Below, piece after piece: positions 47,225-50,876 of a stretch of DNA of 50,876 nt. Where the stretch lies: positions 1 to 50,876 of the forward strand of contig NZ_JAENWL010000001.1 in assembly GCF_016650095.1 (NCBI RefSeq), written 5' to 3'. The notes beneath the pieces were generated by a model. That model was not told where the DNA came from. It made no database searches and was given only the letters and a program-made list of their open reading frames with translations. Each line of letters opens with the position of its first letter. The first letter of the stretch is position 1. A program made the translations under genes and the position numbers. This stretch comes from Clostridium sp. (lineage in GTDB: Bacteria > Bacillota > Clostridia > Clostridiales > Clostridiaceae).

Positions 47225-47587
47225 ATGAAAGTCCCAAAAGAAATAACATTTGAAGACTACATTTTCTTAAAAGTCGGTCAACCTGGCTGTGAAGAAAAAT
47301 TACAAGAAAAACTAAAGGAATACAAACCGTTTAAAGACAAAAAAGCTAATGTAAAACAAGAGGATATGGAAAGATTATTAAGAATTTTATTAAGGAAATA
47401 TCAATTTAGAATTCAATATATTAATGTTGATCGTGGAGGATCTCTATATAACGCTTCATTTCAATGTCCTATTACTGGCAAATGGTTAGGATCGATTAGT
47501 GAAAACAACTTCTACATTTTGTTGGTAAAATCACTAATCAAAATTAAATTTTTAATTGATGAAGGAGAGGTATTGAGAAATGAGTAA
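47225..47587 (+). CDS. Hypothetical protein
   Basis: ORF, AAGGAG RBS. Confidence 0.75.
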   Translation: MKVPKEITFEDYIFLKVGQPGCEEKLQEKLKEYKPFKDKKANVKQEDMERLLRILLRKYQFRIQYINVDRGGSLYNASFQCPITGKWLGSISENNFYILLVKSLIKIKFLIDEGEVLRNE

Positions 47588-48383
47588 CAGCCAAAAAAGT
47601 GGTAGCAGATTTAGCATAAAACATGGGGCAAGTGGTAAACATTTTATCGTTGGCCAAGATTTATATAATGAATTATTTGAGATTAGAGAATACAAATATT
47701 GGATTACAATGTTATTTATGTATGACTTTAAAAAAGACAGAGATTATTTTACATTTAAGAGTTGGAAACCTGGAACTAAAATAGAAAAAATTGATTATGC
47801 TTTCACTTTAGAAATGTGTTCAATGGTATGTTTTTTACAAAAATCGCCTATTGGAACTAGCTGTAAAAAAATAATCGATAAATTAATTCAAGAATATGAT
47901 TTAAAGAAGTCAGAAGAATTTAAGTCAGCAGCTGATCAGATTGAATCTTTAGAAAATACAATTAGTTCTTATGCAAAATCAGTGCATTTCTTAAAGTACC
48001 AAAATGAGTCTCTAGAAGCCAGAATTAAAGAGATGAATGATTCTATTAAGAAAGTTGCTATTGACCACACGGGAGTCGATTGTATTGAATATGCTGATTC
48101 TGATGAAGCATTGTTTACAACTACTGAAGTTGCTAGAAAATTTGGACTTTCAGCAGTAAAATTAAATCAGATCTTAAGAGATTTAGGAGTTCAATATAAA
48201 GTTTTTAAAATTTGGAGATTAGATAAAAAATATGCTGGTCTTGGATATTTAAAAATAGAAAAAGCTATGTATTTAGCTGCAGACGGAACAGAAAAAGTTA
48301 AAACACTTCAAAAATGGACTACTAATGGAAAGTATTTTGTTTATGATATTTTAGAAAAAAATCACATAGAAATGAGAAAATAA
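47580..48383 (+). CDS. Antirepressor-like protein (AntA/AntB-like + KilAC/ANT domain)
   Basis: GQDLYNEL…W…F….DY; TTTEVARKFGLSAVKLNQIL…GVQYK…KWTTNG..F. Confidence 0.75.
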   Translation: MSNSQKSGSRFSIKHGASGKHFIVGQDLYNELFEIREYKYWITMLFMYDFKKDRDYFTFKSWKPGTKIEKIDYAFTLEMCSMVCFLQKSPIGTSCKKIIDKLIQEYDLKKSEEFKSAADQIESLENTISSYAKSVHFLKYQNESLEARIKEMNDSIKKVAIDHTGVDCIEYADSDEALFTTTEVARKFGLSAVKLNQILRDLGVQYKVFKIWRLDKKYAGLGYLKIEKAMYLAADGTEKVKTLQKWTTNGKYFVYDILEKNHIEMRK

Positions 48384-48384
48384 T

Positions 48385-48846
48385 ATGAAATTAAAAATAT
48401 ATACGGATGGCTCATGTTCTGGCAATCCTGGCCCAGGAGGTTGGGGATGCATAATTATTTATGAAGATGACCAAATCTTAAAATTAAGTGGTGGAGATAT
48501 TCATACTACTAATAATAGAATGGAGTTACAAGCCATTAACGAAGCATTGATTTATTGCTTATATTCGAAAGAAGATATCGAAGGAATTACAATTTATTCT
48601 GATTCAAATTATTGTGTAAATTCAATAACGAATTGGTTAAAAAATTGGAAGCGAAATGGTTGGGTAACCAAAGCTAGAGCACCTATCAAAAACAAAGATA
48701 TATTTCAATCAGTTGATATGGTTTTAAATATGATAAGAGTTAAAATGAAAGTTGATTTTGTGCTGGTAAAAGGGCATGATGGAAACATGTATAATGAAAT
48801 GGCAGATGTTGCGGCTGTTGAAGCAACTCAAAGGATGAAGAGATAA
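48385..48846 (+). CDS. rnhA: Ribonuclease HI
   Basis: YTDGSCSGNPGPGGWG, TTNNRMEL, SDSNY, VKGH…NE.AD. Confidence 0.95.
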   Translation: MKLKIYTDGSCSGNPGPGGWGCIIIYEDDQILKLSGGDIHTTNNRMELQAINEALIYCLYSKEDIEGITIYSDSNYCVNSITNWLKNWKRNGWVTKARAPIKNKDIFQSVDMVLNMIRVKMKVDFVLVKGHDGNMYNEMADVAAVEATQRMKR

Positions 48847-49214
48847 TGGAGATATTGAAGCAATGGATTACGGAATTCGTTTATTCATTAAAATGTAATT
48901 TAGGAATAATCTTCAGAATATTCTCAGTAATAAATATTTACTTTGGTATTTATTTAGCAATTAGAGCATATCAGTTTAGAGGATCTTTCCAACTTGGTTT
49001 TGAGTTATTAATTCCAATGTTAGTTTATATATTGATAGCATTTTATAAGAAAAAACTAAGACAATATAATTTTGGGGTAGAAATTCCAATCCCAAGAAAA
49101 CGATATACAACTAAGACAGATACATTAATTCAGATCAATGAAGAAGATTTAAAAGAGATTATATTATATTTGGCAAATGTCGAAGATTACTTAAGAGACA
49201 ATGGCAAACTATAA
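48846..49214 (+). CDS. Membrane protein (2 TM)
   Basis: Two hydrophobic segments; TAATG coupling. Confidence 0.7.
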   Translation: MEILKQWITEFVYSLKCNLGIIFRIFSVINIYFGIYLAIRAYQFRGSFQLGFELLIPMLVYILIAFYKKKLRQYNFGVEIPIPRKRYTTKTDTLIQINEEDLKEIILYLANVEDYLRDNGKL

Positions 49215-49430
49215 TCATTCAATTAGTGATAAATAAGAGTTGACAGGGAACACCTAATAAAGTTAATATATATTTATAAAGCGATCACAGCAAGTTTACC
49301 TGATTCACTCTATTTAATTCTTAGGTCATTCCAACTATTGTTTCATAGTTTTTAATAACAAGTTTAAATGTTCTCATGCTTTTAATCTCATTGGCAATGA
49401 CCTAATTATAATAAATAAAAAAATAAACGA

Positions 49431-49511
49431 AAAGAATTTACACTTACTGTTTACATTTACTATAAATTAGTGTATAATTTAATTAGATAAAGAACAAACG
49501 TCTAGGAGGAC
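49431..49511 (+). promoter_or_regulatory. Conserved promoter (P12) plus hairpin RBS
   Basis: TTTACA 49450, TATAAT 49473, GTC-TAGGAG-GAC 49500. Confidence 0.8.
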
Positions 49512-49518
49512 AATTAAA

Positions 49519-49776
49519 ATGAATAAAAGAAGCACATACACAAACGAATTAATAGAAGTTAAAAGAATTGATATCGAAATTGAAAAAATCGAAACTGGGT
49601 TTGTAGTACTTATTAATTATTATGATATTGAAAGTGATTATATTAATTATAAAGTTGCAGCTAATTGTACTAAAGAAAAAACAGCTATTAAAAATGCTGA
49701 AAAAACATTAGAAGAAATACAAACAAAATATGGTAGAGATATTTTAGTAAATGAAGAAGTAATTAATCAGATTTAA
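49519..49776 (+). CDS. Hypothetical protein
   Basis: Behind conserved promoter/RBS. Confidence 0.8.
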   Translation: MNKRSTYTNELIEVKRIDIEIEKIETGFVVLINYYDIESDYINYKVAANCTKEKTAIKNAEKTLEEIQTKYGRDILVNEEVINQI

Positions 49777-49800
49777 AAAAAGTCTAGGAGGACAATTAAA

Positions 49801-50079
49801 ATGAAGAAGAACAAACAAAAAGTAACAAACATCTTATATGTAACAGAATTTGACAAAGAAGCTAACAAAGTTATTAGAATTTACAGACAATATTATAGAG
49901 GTAAAGTATTTCTTGACCAAGATTTATTCTATACAGCTGAAGAGTTAACAACTCTTGATGAAGCTAACAAAAGAATTGATGATAATATATATGGAATTAT
50001 ACATTTCTCAAATGAATTTAAAATGATATTTGATACTACAATAATTAATACTAAACAAAGTACAAGGATGGTAATTTAA
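49801..50079 (+). CDS. Hypothetical protein
   Basis: Hairpin RBS GTC-TAGGAG-GAC at 49782. Confidence 0.8.
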   Translation: MKKNKQKVTNILYVTEFDKEANKVIRIYRQYYRGKVFLDQDLFYTAEELTTLDEANKRIDDNIYGIIHFSNEFKMIFDTTIINTKQSTRMVI

Positions 50080-50080
50080 A

Positions 50081-50392
50081 ATGAAAAAAGAATATTTTGA
50101 GAATTATATGACGGTAACCCATGAATCTATGGGTTATCAAATCATAAGATATTTTGAAAAGCAAAATGAAGATGCAGATGAATTATACTTAATTAGTGAT
50201 GTGCAAGTCAATGCAATGAATAGAGATCTACCAGAAATATATTTTAGCAAATGTAGTGGAATATTCGAAGTAAGAGTTCCTTCTTCTGGAGGAATGGACA
50301 CAGAAAATGTTAAAGATTTAAGAAATAATTTAGGAGATGCAATAGTTTTAATTGTTCAACTTAGAGAATTAACTGGTTTAGATAATGAATAA
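50081..50392 (+). CDS. Hypothetical protein
   Basis: ORF track; weak resemblance to 41610..41963. Confidence 0.7.
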   Translation: MKKEYFENYMTVTHESMGYQIIRYFEKQNEDADELYLISDVQVNAMNRDLPEIYFSKCSGIFEVRVPSSGGMDTENVKDLRNNLGDAIVLIVQLRELTGLDNE

Positions 50393-50401
50393 ACGAAAAT
50401 A

Positions 50402-50467
50402 ACTGTTTACATTCTCAAGAATCATGATATAATTTAATTAGAAATAAAGAGAATACTCTTGGAGGAG
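50402..50467 (+). promoter_or_regulatory. Conserved promoter (P13) plus hairpin RBS
   Basis: TTTACA 50406, 16 nt, TGa-TATAAT 50428, CTC-TTGGAG-GAG 50456. Confidence 0.75.
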
Positions 50468-50474
50468 AATTAAG

Positions 50475-50864
50475 ATGATTACAAAAACAATGCTAAAAGA
50501 ATTTAGATCAGATTTTAAAACAATGACAATGGAACAAATCGAAGCAAAATATGATGTTACAATTAATCTTGGAAATATTAGTTACCAACCTGGAAAAAGC
50601 TTTACATCAAAAATTGAAGTTAAACAAAATGAAGTAAATGGTGAATCATTTGAACAAAATGCTTGGAAAAACATGTGTAACCGCATAGGATTAGAAGAAA
50701 CTGATTTTAATAAAGTCTTCACTTCAAATGGCAATCAATTTAAATTAGTAGAAATTAAAACAAGAAGTAGTAAATATCAAGTAGTTGCTGAAGAATTAAT
50801 TAGTGGTAAAAGATACAAATTCACAAAAACTAGTGTATTAAATGCATTGAGAGGTGAAAGATAA
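50475..50864 (+). CDS. Hypothetical protein
   Basis: Behind conserved promoter/RBS; runs into terminal overlap. Confidence 0.8.
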   Translation: MITKTMLKEFRSDFKTMTMEQIEAKYDVTINLGNISYQPGKSFTSKIEVKQNEVNGESFEQNAWKNMCNRIGLEETDFNKVFTSNGNQFKLVEIKTRSSKYQVVAEELISGKRYKFTKTSVLNALRGER

Positions 50865-50876
50865 TGATGAAAATAA

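Noticed and set aside
1-50876. tRNA, rRNA, integrase, transposase or intron/intein
   Set aside because: None recognised by eye; DnaE, RecA and TerL have no obvious insertions. A tRNAscan/Infernal/HMM run is needed to exclude them formally

Overview
The window is a complete, circularly assembled ~50.7 kb AT-rich tailed phage (siphovirus-type) genome. Bases 1-141 repeat exactly at 50736-50876. The host is probably a Firmicute. Essentially all credible genes are on the + strand: packaging/head (1.3-14.9 kb), tail and fibres (14.9-26 kb), lysis (26-28.6 kb), and replication/nucleotide metabolism/recombination (29-49 kb). I recognise no integrase, repressor, helicase or tRNA. Notable points: (1) a T4-like cytosine hypermodification set (dCMP hydroxymethylase-type thymidylate synthase homolog with the Asp specificity residue, beta-glucosyltransferase-like enzyme, dNMP kinase, MazG-like dNTPase, dCMP deaminase) next to a DnaE polymerase; (2) 27 GC-rich CCAGC-N10/11-GCTGG hairpin units at 7 intergenic loci, three of them strict tandem arrays, with the loop occurring in both orientations while the flanks stay fixed; (3) 13 near-identical sigma-A-type promoters and 11 Shine-Dalgarno sites held in a covarying hexaloop hairpin; (4) a hammerhead-ribozyme-like element with a variant core; (5) a MuF minor head protein with three internal repeats and a toxin-like C-terminal domain; (6) a probable +1 frameshift in the tail assembly chaperone. 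All protein family calls come from motif recognition by eye, not database searches.
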